Shown here piece after piece: positions 39,967 to 55,892 of a DNA stretch of 64,000 bases. The stretch is taken from NCBI GenBank assembly GCA_951406725.2, contig OX597832.1, positions 1,612,001 through 1,676,000 of the forward strand, written 5' to 3'. The DNA comes from Octopus vulgaris (Eukaryota). The notes below the pieces were generated by a model. That model ran no database searches and was not told the DNA's origin. It saw only the letters and a list, made by a program, of their open reading frames with translations. Numbering within the stretch: the first letter of the stretch is position 1; each line of letters starts with the position of its first letter. Both the position numbers and the translations under genes were made by a program.

Positions 39967-41142
39967 GTAATAAAAATCTGACAGGGAGGCGACAAAGGAG
40001 CATACAGAAAAACAGGAAAGATAACAACACAATACGCACGGATATACTCTAACACTCATCAGTCATCGACCAAATGTCATCACTATTTCAAAAACTTCCG
40101 ACAATATTGTTCAGTTTGGCGGTGTCAGCTAAATAAGCTAGTGGGTGAATAAGTAAGCGGGAGTGTAGGGTAAAAGCTACATGGACATAAGTCTCGTAGT
40201 TAAAGTGTGAAAGTGGACGAAAGCCCCTCGGACAAAAGCCCCACGGTTTCATTTTTCAGTTATTTTTTCGTCATTCTTTTCACATTTTACTTGTTGCAGT
40301 TATTAGATTGCGGCTATGCTGGGGCACCACCTTGAGGAATTTTTAGTCGAATGTATCGATGCCAGAATATCTTTATTTTTACTTGTTGCAGTTATTATAC
40401 TGCGGCCATCCTGGGGCACCACCTTGAGGAATTTTTAGTCGAATGTATCGACCCCAGATTATTTTTAATGATTTTCAACCAGCGCTGAAGTTAAGTCTAG
40501 AAGGTCTCTCCAAATGCTAGAAATATCAGCCAAATCTCTTGAAATGTTTTTACAACCCACTCGGTTATATTTTTTGGTCATTCTTCGTTTTTTTTTTTTA
40601 TTTTCTAAAAATCTTTTTACTTGTTTCACTCACTGCAGCCTTGAAGAATTTTTAGTCGCAGAAAAATCAGCATTTTGAAATTTAAATTTAAAGTCTTCTC
40701 TCAGGACTTACAGATTAATGAGAATAAGTTGACCTTTTGAACTTTCTCCAGCCGTTGAACAGAATTATGTCGTCGAAGGCTAGTCATTTAAACGTACTTC
40801 TTATAATTTTTATGTTTCTACACATTTCTTGAAGTAAATGCTTTCCCTTTTGTTAGAATTCAAATAATGTGTACATTGAGTAGTAAAGAGATTTGTGTTG
40901 TTATTCTATTCTACTTATTTATTTCCGATTGAATATATTTTGTTTACCTAAAATTGGAATTTTGGAAAATTATATATACATGTATATAAAACATATATAT
41001 AACATATATACACATATAAAATATTGGATAATAAAGAGAATGGTTTACACTTGGTAGCTTACTGGTAAAGCACGGTCACTTCCAGAGTGATCGTTATGTA
41101 TATGGCAAATGAAAGACGGAAGATGGAATGTATGAGAATTTA

Positions 41143-41254
41143 TTAATCAAGATAATTGTTTCGACATATCTACGATCGATCCCTCATGAATGGGACATTC
41201 ATCAACTGGTTCAGGAGTATCTGGCGGTGCAGATGTGTCTCGTCGGGTGGTAAA
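41143..41254 (-). ncRNA. Decayed type I hammerhead motif in a PLE-type fragment
   Basis: ccac-CCGACGA-gacacatct...agatatgtc-GAAA-caatta-TC; same family as 9348-9460. Confidence 0.6.
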
Positions 41255-41437
41255 TAAATACAACTCGTTAAAATAACAATTCTGCAATGTAACTTCTCGT
41301 TTTGTAGAAAGAAAAACAGCCAGACGCAGAAAATATCTTCATTTATATAGAAGATCAAAGATAAAAATCACAGATGGAAAAAAAAAAGAGAAACGAACAA
41401 GCAATTCAACGAGAAAAGTATTAACGAGTTGTATCTA

Positions 41438-41893
41438 CGAGGGGCGTTCAATAAGTAATGCCCCTGACCCACTTCCCATAGCAGTAGAGCAACGAAACTT
41501 GGCACAGTTATTAGTCTTTTTCTACATAGCAACCACCCAGAGTTACGCATTTCTCCCATCGTTTGATGCAGCTCTGGAGACCGTTTTTGTAGAAGAACCC
41601 AGCTTGGTCCTCCAACCTCAACGTGACTTCAGAAATCAAGGCTGCATCATCTGGGAAACGCTTTCCTTTCAAAAACAACTTCATGCCTGGGAAGTGGTGA
41701 AAATCAGAGGGTGCAAGGTCAGGAAAGTAGGGGGGATGGGGAGGAGTTCATAGCCATACGCCTGTGCTTCTGATCTGGCGACAAGCGAGTTGTGGACCGG
41801 AGCGTTGTCCTGCAGGAGGAGGATGCCTTTGCTGATCTTGCCCCGCCTCTTGATTTTGATAACTTCTCTTAATTTCCTCAAAAGTGAAGCATA
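41438..41893 (-). mobile_element. mariner 3' fragment, same family as 59734-61015
   Basis: TA plus the same TIR; LRKLREVIKIKRRGKISKGILLLQDNAPVH. Confidence 0.9.
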
Positions 41894-42320
41894 TAAAATA
41901 TCATTCTTATTTGATTCCAGGGAGATTTGGCTGCTATTTCTAGCATACTAAGCGATCGTTACGAGGTAATTTATTTTAATTGAAGGTGGTAGTTGTAATA
42001 TTGGTGATGGTGATGGTGGTAGTCGTGATTGTTGTGGTGCAGATGTTGGTGGAGGTAAAGACGGTAATGGTGTCGGAAGTGGCGGTAACAGTGGAGGTGA
42101 TAGCTGCATTTTTTTTGGGTGGGGGTGAAGAGAATGATTGTGGTGATAATAATGATGGTTTTGGCGTGGCTTTTTAGCGATGGCATTGCCAACATCACTG
42201 CTAGAATATAAACATGAAAACTCTTTTAAATTATTTAAATTATTTAATTGTACAACACTAAAACTATATTCTAGAACCGAGCATATACAGTTATTATGCG
42301 TTCTTTTTGCTTCTAGTAAA

Positions 42321-43591
42321 TATTGAGTAATCTCAAAAATAATGTGGTTTTCTACACAAAATTAAAATAAGCAAAGTTCTTTTTTAATCTAAAATATGCT
42401 GTATTTCCTTTTCTACAATATTGTTCCAACTATCTGGTAGACTTGCAAGGCACTTCTTTGCAAAATTCACTTGTCCGTAACGAAAAATACTCCCCCAGTA
42501 CTGATTTGACCTCGTCTACAGAATTCATATTTTTCCGTCGAAATGATCTTGAAGACAGCGGATAATCAGATGAGGCAATGTCCGGCGAATATGGTGGGTG
42601 GGGCATCGTTTCCCCTTTCAAAATGCTCCAGCCTTTGGAATGTCATCCTTGCTGTGTATGGCCGAGCATTATCCTGATGGAAGAACCTCTTTCCTCTTGA
42701 CACCAAAGATGGTCGTTTTTCGTCTAGCGCTGACTTAAGTCGCTCAAGCTGCTCGCAGTAGATCTCCTTTGTTATCGTCTGGTTTGGGTTTAAAAGTTCA
42801 AAGTGAGCCAAACCTTTCATATCCCACCAAACAGATAACAACACCTTACGTTGGTGAAGACCTTCTTTAGCCTGGGGTGCCGGTGTTTCTCCTTCCCCTA
42901 CCCACTATCTTCGGCGCTTGACATTTTAATAGAGAACCCATTTCTCGTCACCAGTCACTATTCGGTCCAAAAAATGTCCATCCGTGAGACGTGACAGCAA
43001 AGAAGACTACATATTCACTCTCTGAGCGCGATTAGACTCGGAAAGTTTGTGAGGAACCCACTGACCCAATTTGCTGACTTTTCCGATGGCACACAGGTGT
43101 CGAGGAATGGTTGAATGACCAAATACAAACTTCTCTGCTAGTTCTCCAACAGTTATGTTGGGATTTTGTTCCACCAGGGTTTGCAGGGCGTCCTCGTTGA
43201 GCTCTACAGATCTTCTAAGGCGAGGCTTGTCTTCTAGGCTGTAGTTTCTGGCTCGGAATTTCTGGAACCACCGTTGACACTGGTTTACGCTTATTGTCAG
43301 ATCCCCATATATTGCATTAATATTCCTTGCACTTACTGCTGCGTTGTTGCCTTTATTGAACTCATAAAGCAGAATATGCCGAATATGCTCTTTTGTCACT
43401 TCCATTATAGCTTTGAAAAAATAACTGTTAAAATCGAACTGAACGCTTCAAAACTTGCACTAAAAATAAGTGCAAGGTAAAATTACTACCTGCTTTTAGA
43501 GCAAGTTGATGCAGGTTTTTTTTCCCGTCCCCCTCTGACTTTTAGTTCATGAAATTGAAAAAAACCGAATTATTTACGGGATGGCCCAATA
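42321..43591 (-). mobile_element. Full-length decayed mariner, second family
   Basis: MEVTKEHIRHILLYEF...WFQKFR...WVPHKL; TGDEKW; LLSVWWDMKG; FHQDNARP; HPPYSPDIASSDY; degenerate TIRs at both ends. Confidence 0.9.
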
Positions 43592-44128
43592 GTTGTGATC
43601 ACCCATGATTCTTATTTACAACTAAATAAATTCGACAATTTGGTCATAGATTTAGTGCATCTTTGGTAACCATGCAATTTGTGATATCCTAAGCCTCACA
43701 ACTGAACACACCGCAATTCTTTAAGAACTGTGTTGTTTCTAAATGTGGGTAAATCTAAATGCTTGATCATCTATTAATCTCCAATGATTGAATTTCAATC
43801 TCAAGTTTACTGATGGTTTTAACAAGAGTTAATATTTTCTGCTGTAATTACTGTCGTTCATAATTCTCAAATTTTATACCTCGACAATTGGAACTTTCAT
43901 AAAATATTGTATCGGTAGCTTAGCTGACTTTCATGTCTCTTGCTATAACAACAAATTTAGCGGATTCCAGCAAGCTTTAATTTTACTATTCACTGGAACA
44001 TCTTTAAAATCTAAATCAATAATTCTGTCGCTCTGTCAACGTCACCGTATTGCAATATAACATCCGAATTTCCGAATAACCTTCCTCTTTCTATTAGACT
44101 TTCTTTTCACTGTTTCACTTTTCCTCCA

Positions 44129-44161
<33 letters not shown>

Positions 44162-45065
44162 TACACACACATATATATATATATACACACACACACACGC
44201 ACACGCGCTCACTATATCCATGCTGTCTATGGATACTGAGGATTATTTTACCAATTATTACATGGTTTACCAATCATTATCTTTAATGAAAGTATGTTGC
44301 GGGGAAACAAGAATAAATACAGAGGCTTTGTTACATTCAAATAAAGAGTCAGAAGTTTGGAACAAAATTGATTAGTATAACCAGATTTCACTATCTCAAA
44401 TGTGTTTCCTAGCCTTCAAGTAATGCTGACATCTTCAAATAGCTTTTATTCCGTGATAGTAGATTGATAAACATATGTAAAAACGTAAATAGTCAGATAT
44501 AATACCGTTCTATGAAGGAGACTGCGAAAACAATAACGAAAGTCTCTTCTTCGCAGCTTTCTAAATTCAATTGCAAGACTGTTCCTGCTTACCTTAAGAT
44601 TAATTGGCATGATGATAACCACTATTTCTTTCTAAAGTGTCTTATCAATATCTTACAAATCAATATCATATGTAAGTTGTACTATTGAAGCTTTTGATGC
44701 CAATACCAGATCGTTTATCACCAGTATATATTCAGCTTTATCGCCTGTTACTTTGGCTTATCAAATGCATTTATTTCCATCTTGTAAATTGGTAGGTGAA
44801 GCTATATACCCGCTGTAGAATATTCATAATAGAGCAAATTTAACCGTTCTAAGTTCTAGTTCGACTTAAAAACATGTATATAGCGTACTATAAGCGCACT
44901 AAAGTATGAATTGGTATTTTAACAGAATATTATAATGAACACCGTATTCAACGAGTAAGAGATACAGAGAGAGAGAGAGAGAGAGGTACAAACTAATTCA
45001 TAAACTGAGGGGTCGGTGGCAAAAACAAACAGAACAAAATGAGAAGATACAAAGAAAATAAATAA

Positions 45066-45141
<76 letters not shown>

Positions 45142-45199
45142 ATTCGCTAGCCTCTGCACGCATTTGTTTTCTCTCCTTTCTGTGTTTCTTCTCTGTGTA

Positions 45200-45237
45200 T
45201 CTTTCTGTTGAAGAGCGTAGGCTCGAAACGTTAAAGA
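45200..45237 (+). ncRNA. Minimal type I hammerhead-like motif in a short element between (TA)n arrays (45138-45367)
   Basis: tcttt-CTGTTGA-a-gagc-gtag-gctc-GAAA-cg-TT-aaaga; A6 substituted, stem III vestigial. Confidence 0.6.
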
Positions 45238-45410
45238 CTTGTTTTATTTATATTTCCTGAGCGCCATACTAATACAATTGTTTGTTTGTATTCCACCTGC
45301 CTTCGTCTTTTGTTTATTTCCGTAAACCTGTCTTCGTCTTTTGTCTATTTTCATAAAGCTTCCCGTTATATATATATATATATATATATATATACTTATT
45401 TATTTTCTTA

Positions 45411-45468
<58 letters not shown>

Positions 45469-45473
<5 letters not shown>

Positions 45474-45739
45474 TTCGTATACATTCGCTGCTTTCTTCCA
45501 AGGAATCTAATGCTTTTAGCCTAATTTTTCTTTGGTGCTGGCCAGATTAGAGCAATCTCGAGTATAACCAGCCGAAATTGCAAAGATAATCTGGAACTTG
45601 ACTGAGGAAAGAAAACTCCGAATGACCCATCCTCTTGTTTTCTTGTTTTCTTTGTATAGTCTTTCTGGATGTTTTATTGCCCCTTTTTTGTATCACCTAA
45701 CTGTTTGGATGTTTTGTGTTCTTGTCCCATTTTGTATTA

Positions 45740-45784
<45 letters not shown>

Positions 45785-46349
45785 CGGCGTACGTACACTT
45801 TGGTCTCTTATATGTAAGTATATATTTACCTAAATCCTGTACGACTCTATTCTTTTATTCTTTCCTTCTTTCTATCAGCCCTTTCACGCTTACTTCGTTC
45901 ATTTCACTCTTCGTTCTTTCGTTCCCAATCTCTCACATTTCCTTGCCTTTTCTTCATGCTCACGTTCCCTCCTCTTTTCACTTCACTGTGTCATTGTCAT
46001 TTTTTTTCGCCCCTCCTTATTTCTTCTCTCACTCGGCCTCTACCTCTCTCTCTTCTCTCCCTACGTGACCGGTGTTGTATTTGTGTAACCATCTCCGTTT
46101 TTTCCGTCCTTGTTTTCGTATACATTCGCTGCTTTCTTCCAGGGAATCTATGCTCTTAGCTTAGTTTTTCCTTGGGGCTAGCCAGATTGGAGTAATCTCG
46201 AGTATAACCAGCCAAAATTGCACAGATAATCTGAAACTCAACTGAGGAAAGAAAATTTCGAATGACCCGTCCTTGTTTTCTTTATATCGTCTTTGTTGTC
46301 TCTTTTTTTAATCACCTGTCTGGATGTTTTGCTTTCTTGTCCCATTTTG

Positions 46350-46356
<7 letters not shown>
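45469..46356 (+). repeat. Direct repeat of ~250-270 bp (45469-45738, 46111-46355), each copy followed by (TA)n
   Basis: tgttttcgtatacattcgctgctttcttcc...cttgtcccattttgtatt occurs twice; resembles PLE pseudo-LTRs. Confidence 0.75.
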
Positions 46357-46401
<45 letters not shown>

Positions 46402-46526
46402 TTGTGTGTGTATGTGTGTGTGTGTGTGTGTGTTTGCGTGTATGTGCGTGTGTGTGCGTGTGTGTGGTGTGTGTGTGTGTGTGTGTGTGTGCGTGTGTGT
46501 GTGTGCATGCATGTATATATATATAT

Positions 46527-49107
46527 TAGGGTGATGCAAAATAACTTGTCAATTCAAAAAATCGAAGGCACCCTCTAATTTTATTTAATTTACAGTAAAA
46601 ACTCAACATGCAAAATTTCAGCACAACTGAAGACATTTTAGAGGTTGCTGCCATCTACTGAACATTTTGTATATTGTTATTTTTCAGTTTGTATTTATTG
46701 TACATTTATCTATTTTGTAGATTTCATCAAAAATGGTAGTCGCCAACATATAGCAGTCATAACAGACTCTGAACCTCTTTCTGCAAGCCTTTTCATCTCT
46801 TTCGTTGCTATAGACACCGTAGCCGAACATTCTACAATCATTTCTTTGCTGTGACGTCACTGTGGCGGCCGCGTCAGTATAAGAGCGGCGTCACTAACTC
46901 TGTATCTTTGCTGCCTTCGCCGAGAGTGATTGTATAGAACTATAGGTATTGCTCAGTTCCACTCATGGAACGGCATACGCGTCACGAAACAGTTGTTTGG
47001 TTCATAGGACATCCTATAGAGTCCTTCAAAGAAACCCAGCTTCCCTCTAAGAGGGGAAAATTAGCACTGTTTATGAAATACAAGAACAACAAAAAGCAAC
47101 AGGTGAAAACAGTGGCTATGTCGACTGCGAGAGATGTTATGGACGTGTGGGAAAAGGCACGCATCCCAATAGTGTTGAAATGTCATGTTGTGGAGAGAGT
47201 AAAAAAACTTATCAACGAGTGGGAGAAACTAAAGAACAGAAATAATAAGAAGCAAGCACCTTCAAAAACAAGAGAGCTGGCAAAATGACTTGAAAGATCT
47301 GTTTGAAAATGCACATGCAAGAGGTCTTGACATGATAAAGATAGATGAAGACCGTGAGTAGTTTTTGATGCTGCAATGAGAAAAAGGAAGAAAAGGCAAA
47401 ATGGCTGAAGGGGATAAAGTTTTTTCACAAATGGAAGAGATTGCTAGAGAAAAGGAAACATTGCTTGAAAAGAAAAGAAAGAGGGAAACAGCCGTGTTCG
47501 AAACAGCAGTGCTCTCAAGTTCAAGTCCTTCGAGTTTGAATCAAGATAGTTCAACTTCACAAGAATAATTTGTTGCTGACTCTCAGCAGCCATCAACTTC
47601 GAGACAAAGTAGATTAAAGTCTAATAGTGCAAATCTTGTGGATTCGTCAATGCTTGTATCTCTTGATGCTGCAAAAGTAAGCGAGAGAGCTACTTCGGCA
47701 ATCTTGATCCCAACAATCAATACTCATGGGCAAAACCCTGAAGAATACAGTGTTAGTTATTCATCGATACGGAGATCAAGACAAAGGAACTGCAAGGCAA
47801 TGGCAGAACATTTGAAGCAGGATTTTGAAACAATTTGTCCTCTCGAAATACATTGGGATGTCAAACTAGTAGAAGATATTACTGGTCATGAAAATGTTGA
47901 ACGACTACCAGTTCTAATTTCCGGCCAAGGAGTTGATTAGCTTCTTGGTATTCCTAGACTTGCCAGAGGAACTGGTCAAAACATTGCAGATGCTGTCCTT
48001 CACTTAGTACTGGAGTGGAATATATCTGACCAAGTGGAGGGCATATGTTTTGACACCACTGCCTCCAACAGGGGTTCTAAGAGTGGTGATTGTATGTTAC
48101 TAGAGCAAAGATTGGATAAAGATATGCTGTGGCTGACTTGCCAACATCATGTGTTCGAAATAGTGTTAGAAGCTGCAGTTTCTGTCTCCTTGCCATCTTC
48201 TACTGTCCCTGACATACAACTGTTTAAGAGATTCAAAGCAAAAGGCTGACAAAATTGTAAGTGCTACACTCAATACGCTTTTAAGACATTTGTGATACCT
48301 CTCTTGAGAGCTTGTAGGGCTTGCATTTTTTTATTCAATTGTTTCGAATGATACAAAAAAACAAAATGAAGCAGGCTCTGCAGAAACCAGTTGAACCAAA
48401 ACCGAGCAAACGAGCATCAATACGAGCATGAATCAGCTGGGCAGAAACAACTGCAGGATTTCGTTACTGCCAACACAAAAAGATTCTTTGAAATCCTAGA
48501 GGTGCCTTTCACTTTTCTTGAAAAAGATGCTGAAGAATGGAATGATGATGAAAGTTATGCGAATGCAAGAGATATCGCATATGGACTCAAAGTGTGGAAA
48601 ACGGACTCAAATGTTGGACTCATATGGACTCAAACGTTGTGGAAAGAGGTGTACAACAAGCTGATAACGAATGATGAAAAGCAGAAACAATACCTTCGTC
48701 AAATTATTAAAAGTGACAGGTTGTCACTCTCAAACAAAAACAAAAAACATTACTCTTCACAAAAAAAAAAATATTTACATAAGTGGTTATGACATGCATA
48801 CTGGGGAAACTTCCATATTTTAAAAGGCTAACGCGCTATACACTGTACCCCACTATAGCTTAGAATGTCATCGTTTATTTTTCAAACTAGGCTAACTAGG
48901 TATATATCAAACCTGTTCCGGCAAAAATATCAGCACAACAATATTTTTGAGCACAAACTGATGTACATTTATTTTTAAAGCTTGGTAGCCACCTCTAATT
49001 TTCTCTTTTTTAACCCCAAATTTCGCATACAATGCTTTCTTAGGGGGGTGTCTCCCTGAAAATTAAAAAAAAACAAAACATTTTGACTACTTTTTTGCAT
49101 CACCCTA
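46527..49107 (+). mobile_element. hAT-superfamily (hATm-like) transposon with pseudogenised transposase (46965-48790)
   Basis: TIR TAGGGTGATGCAAAA / TTTTGCATCACCCTA within (TA)n; HWDVKL..ERLPVL, CFDTTASN.G, LWLTCQHHVFEIVL. Confidence 0.88.
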
Positions 49108-49119
49108 ATATATATATAG

Positions 49120-49700
49120 AACAAATCCCACCACTAATGAAGCGCCTCCTAGTAACACAAAGATCAAAGTAGTAATAGCCCCCCCCACACACACACACAA
49201 CATAACACGAACACAGATATACCTAATAATTCATGTAGCTTCAGGGATAGAAGTAAGTGCCAATTCTCTAATAGATGTAAGACTAAAAACTAAGTTTACC
49301 AATGTGACGTATACACAAAGAGCCATATAAAATCCTACATAGGAATCACGAAAAACCAAATGATACTTCGCTACAACGCACGCCAACCTAGCGTCAGAAA
49401 TAGGAGTAAGGCAAATTCAACAGAGCTTAGTAGCTATATCTGGGAGCTTAAGGACAAAAAAATTTAGATTAGAATGGCGCATACTCGCAAAAGCTACTTC
49501 TTACAACTCTACCAATAGACGGTGCGATCTCTGTTTAACCGAACGCCTGGAAATTCTAAGGGCTAAACTGTCTCTTCTGAACAGAACATATGAGAACAGT
49601 ATTTTTTATCTACATATAGTCCTCTTTAAAAGTATCGGTAAACCCGCTTGACCCTGAATAAATCCTACGCTAGCTTCTTCATCGAAATAATACCAAATTG
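49120..49700 (+). mobile_element. PLE GIY-YIG endonuclease pseudogene
   Basis: VYQCDV..KSYIGITKNQMILRYNA..NSTELSSYIWELKDK..EWRILAKATSYNSTNRRCDLCLTERLEIL..LLNR; begins at (TA)n. Confidence 0.85.
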
Positions 49701-50446
49701 GACACCATGTTTTATTTTTTTTTTTTTTAAAGTGGCTACAAAACAAAAATCCAATTCCGTTCGAAAGAGGTGTAAATTTCATAATGCAAATTTAGCGACA
49801 GTGGATGTTATTTCACGTATTAAGAAAATGGTACAATAAAAACCAAAACAGTGTTCTTCAAAACAACAAAATTGAACAATAACTCACGCGATTCAAAATT
49901 ACGTCCAACGTATGTAACAATCAATTCCCCTGCCTGAGATATGTCTACTCAGTATTGAGTAATTTCTTTGTTGTTTACGCACTTCAAATACAGCCGCTGT
50001 TGTTACCACTCCTACCATCACTATATTACTATTACTGTGTACACAAAAGTAGATAGACAACGAAAGCATTGTTTACAGAGAGGATAGTGTTCCTGTTAAT
50101 GTTTGTATGATTGTCGTTGTATCGGTGACGCAGCGAGTAAAGTTCTGATGAATACTCTTGAAATTTAATGTTTTCTTTTTTCTGGCTATTGCTGCTGCTG
50201 CTGCTGCTATTGTTTCTATATTTGTTATTGTTGCTCTTATTGATGTCAATTTTGTTTCCGACGATGTTAATTACTTTTGTTTAATCCCGCCTTTTCTATA
50301 TTGATTTTCTTAATTTCTTTGTTCTTTATTTCAAATTTATTATTCTATCTTCAGTTAAATTTGATCGGTATACAAACTATTAGTACACCATTTCAATATG
50401 TATGTATGTGTTTGTACTTGTGTGTCTGTGTGTACGTGTATATCTG

Positions 50447-50663
50447 TACAAGAGGATGCTGGAAAGTCACTGGCTTTGGGTAAAAGAAAATAGAGGAGGA
50501 TTGCTTAATTATGATTTTATTCAACATATTTCCCTCTGAAACACCCTTATTGCAGTTGTCCTTCAGTTTTTCTAAGCCCTGTAAAAGTACTCGGAAGGTT
50601 GGGTCTCCAAACAGTTCTTTCGCGATACCCTTAAAACCAGGGACTTTTCAGCACCCTCTCGTA
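50447..50663. mobile_element. mariner-type MITE
   Basis: TA-caagaggatgctggaaagtcactgg ... ccagggacttttcagcaccctctcg-TA. Confidence 0.7.
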
Positions 50664-52648
50664 CGTGCACGCCATGTAACTGAAATAGAACATTCGTACA
50701 GTTTTAGGGATTTATATCACTCTTCTCCCGTAAGAAATTCTTTTTTACATAGATTATAACTAATATTTCGGAATCTATGCCCCATTCAAATGTTCTCATA
50801 ACCTCATTCTGTCGCTAAATCTTTTGCTTTGCATTATTCCTCAGCCAAATGTCCGTGAGAAATCCAAAGCAGGCCTTTTGTTTAAAGGTTCTACAGGTAG
50901 AAAGCGATTCCTTGTACTGATCCTCACAGAAACTTCAAGCCATGTCAATATAACATGGTAGCTGTGAATTTATTTTCCTTTAAAATAAGGGAAATAAAAT
51001 TTCTCCCACCATATCATTTGAATGAACGAATGCGTTATAAGAATACCATATAAAAATATAAACTGACTCGATACTATATTCCATCAATTTTTGGAGGGAT
51101 GAAAAACAAAGTTAAAATGAGATCATATAGCAGTTAATCCGAACGCCCTAACGATTTCGCTAAACCTCTGTCTTACTGACGGGAAGAGTAGCATCTGGAC
51201 TCGCAACCGTTACATCATATCATAATTTGAAGGATTTATTTTATTTACAAAGTACAGGCTACAAAATATCCAATCCTCAGTTTGTGACCGAAAATGTCGA
51301 TTATATCACATGTATGTGAAAGATATAACGCACATTTCAAACAGTTCTTCATATAGGCTTATTAATGCGGTATGGTGTTATTGCAAAATAAAATAAAATA
51401 AAATAATTAAATAATTCGATAGGAAGACTACGATGGGATAAATATAGAAAATATTTTTGTTGTCGAATCTATGCATATGTTTCAACAAGATTTTTACCTC
51501 AAAACTTCTGCTGAGTAAAAAATTAGCTTTATACAGTGGTATATAAAAAAATATGTGCAGGTATAAAGGTCACCTATTAACATATTTGAAATCTATGAAA
51601 AACAGAATATTTACAGGTGAGTCTTATAAACTTATTGATTCTTTTTACCTAGGGTTATAAATTTACGTTAAGGCAATTGGACACCAGATGTTCAGGTGGT
51701 AACCTTTAAAAGCTGAGTTTTCAATTAATGAGAGCTATTAGGTAAGTTAAACTTTACAACAACTTGTAAGTGGAACAGAAAAAGTAGGCAAGAACTTTTT
51801 GATTACCATCATGTAAATATTGTCAGGTGTTGTTATCTAAAATCTTATTCTTTATTGCAAGGGTCTATACTAGAAAATAAAGATAAGACATATAGTCATA
51901 TCTCTAGATTTATAAATATCAATGCATATACAAATATAGTTATATTGGGAAAACGCCATCTTCCCAATCCTGTTTTCTACTTGGATAAAATTATCAAAAA
52001 TAAACCTCTGTAATACTCTTCGACAACTTTTCTGGAACAAGTGAATAACAAAATCAGATTCAGCGTGGAAAATTACATCAATATACCAAATTTCACTTAA
52101 TTCTAAAATTTCAAGAATTGGTCTATTAAATAATTAACTGTTTTGAGTCATTGTTTTAGAGAAATTCTCCACGTGATAAATTTATATACCATTATATATG
52201 GAAGCAAAAATTACGTGATTACCAGTATATTTATCCGCTATAAATTGTTGAAGGCACTTCTTTGAAGTGTAACTGATAATTCTATCAAAACTTAATAAAA
52301 TAATAAATGCGTTGATTTCAGTCTTCATGTTTATGTCCTCATTGGAAATCGCTGACAATTATTGATGTTATTCGTACCACGCTTAAAACATGACTCGTGT
52401 GTCAATAACACTTCTCATGTACCAAACAACCGTTAGTAATAAGTTTCTCTGTACGTACCATGTGCATGTGAACAAAAGTATAATTTCCCCCTTGTTGCTC
52501 TGTGTTTATGTGACTACTAAAAATAATGAAGGTAAAACACTATAAGTATGAGACAAAATATACATACTGAGTATCATTTAAATTAAGCTCCTCCACGTGT
52601 ACTCCTGCATGGCTGGAGTCCATTTACTGAAACAAATAAAAGAGGAGG

Positions 52649-52693
<45 letters not shown>

Positions 52694-52910
52694 ACTCACG
52701 CATGCACACACACATATATGATTTAATAAATACAGAATTTTTAAGGTGAGCTACTATAGCTTTCATGCACAGATGAAGCTTGTATGGCGTGCCGTGCACT
52801 AGCCTGCAATCTTTCAGGCTAAAAATATTAGCATTTTCACTGATGTTGCAAATAACCAGTATGCTGGATGCTGTATTAATACCAAAAGGTCATATTTCTA
52901 TCAAACCTAA

Positions 52911-53160
52911 CATGAATGTTTTGTTAGAACGCCGAATACTGCGTTACTAGTTTTGAGAGATCCTCTTATATAGCCGTTTGGTCAAGCATACGGTGACGCT
53001 TCCCACTGATGATACCCAGGAGAATGGAATCACGATATGGGAATTCTAGTGTCAGTGAGGGACGGCTCTCATCTGCTACGTTCAATGCGTGTGCTTTTAT
53101 GTATCAAGAGCCTAATAAGGCTGATAACGCAGTATTCGGTGTTCTGACAAGACATCCATG
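52911..53160. mobile_element. MITE-like element with ~36-bp TIRs
   Basis: catgaatgttttgttagaacgccgaatactgcgtta / taacgcagtattcggtgttctgacaagacatccatg. Confidence 0.7.
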
Positions 53161-53189
53161 TGGATTTGGATATAAGGATTACCTTATAT

Positions 53190-54750
<1,561 letters not shown>

Positions 54751-55830
54751 TGTTACGGAATCACCCGTCGTCGCTCGCCCGAACGGCCCACAAGTTCGCC
54801 ACGGAACCCAAAGAGGAGGAGAGGGGAGAGATACAACCGCAACCACAACCTCAGCAGCACAGAGATACAGAGGCACAACCCGAGATACAACCCAAAGAGA
54901 GGCAAGGCAACAGAGACACTGGCTTATATTCAACAACTACTAGTTTATATGACAATCAATTTCTACACATCAAATACATTTAAGGCAGACATTTAAAGGA
55001 AGACATGCACGTGACTACTCAATACATCATGCAACAGATCAACGCATAATACAACAGCATTTCAAGAGTACACGTCCGAAGACAACAGTTCTTTAAAGTC
55101 TCTTTCTGAACATCACAGATAAAGTCACATCAACAAGTCCTTTACTCAATTCTGAACATAAATACCACAACTCGATAATCGACATATCGACAGAGTCCTT
55201 GACTGTTCTCTTCACTGTTCAATACACCGTGACACATATCAATGCACAACACATACCTCAATTCCTAATTGAATCTGCCAGTGTCCCATTCCTCTCAATC
55301 CTGCCAATTCCTCTGAATACTGCCAAATCCTTCTGTACATATCCCTTCTGCATATTCCAATCGCTTGCTCCTCAAATCCCAAGATCCCTGCTGATCTGTC
55401 CAAGATCCGTCTGTGTTCTTCCACGACCGCTCAACCGACCGCAAGATCCGTCTGTGTTCTTCGACGACCAACTACCAACTGCCAGACCTCACTTCGTCTC
55501 TGTCCTTCTTCCACTCCCTCATCTCCCTCTGTCTATATCGCTCCTACCCTTTCTAACTGCTCTCTGATTCCTTACTCTATCTATATCGCCTCAATCCCTT
55601 AGCCTCTCTATCTGTCCCTTACTGCTTATACTCTATCTCTATTTGCTCTCAGCCCTTAATCTGTCCCTTTTCTTTCACTTCTCACTGACCCTCTTATCAA
55701 CCACACGAGGTCACAGGTCATTCCAAAACCCATTAGTCCTCCATTAGACAAAAGACTGTCACATTTCGCCCAGACATGCCGGAACCATAATTCCAATGTG
55801 GGTCACCAAGACTGCACTAGCTAAACTCAT

Positions 55831-55834
<4 letters not shown>
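54751..55834. mobile_element. Solo LTR (1084 bp) inserted in (TA)n
   Basis: TGTTA...TAACA termini, ATAT flanks, internal short tandem repeats, no convincing ORF. Confidence 0.7.

Positions 55835-55890
<56 letters not shown>

Positions 55891-55892
<2 letters not shown>

Noticed and set aside
41980-42180. His-rich and Val-rich ORFs
   Set aside because: Degenerate (GGT/GAT)n low-complexity tract
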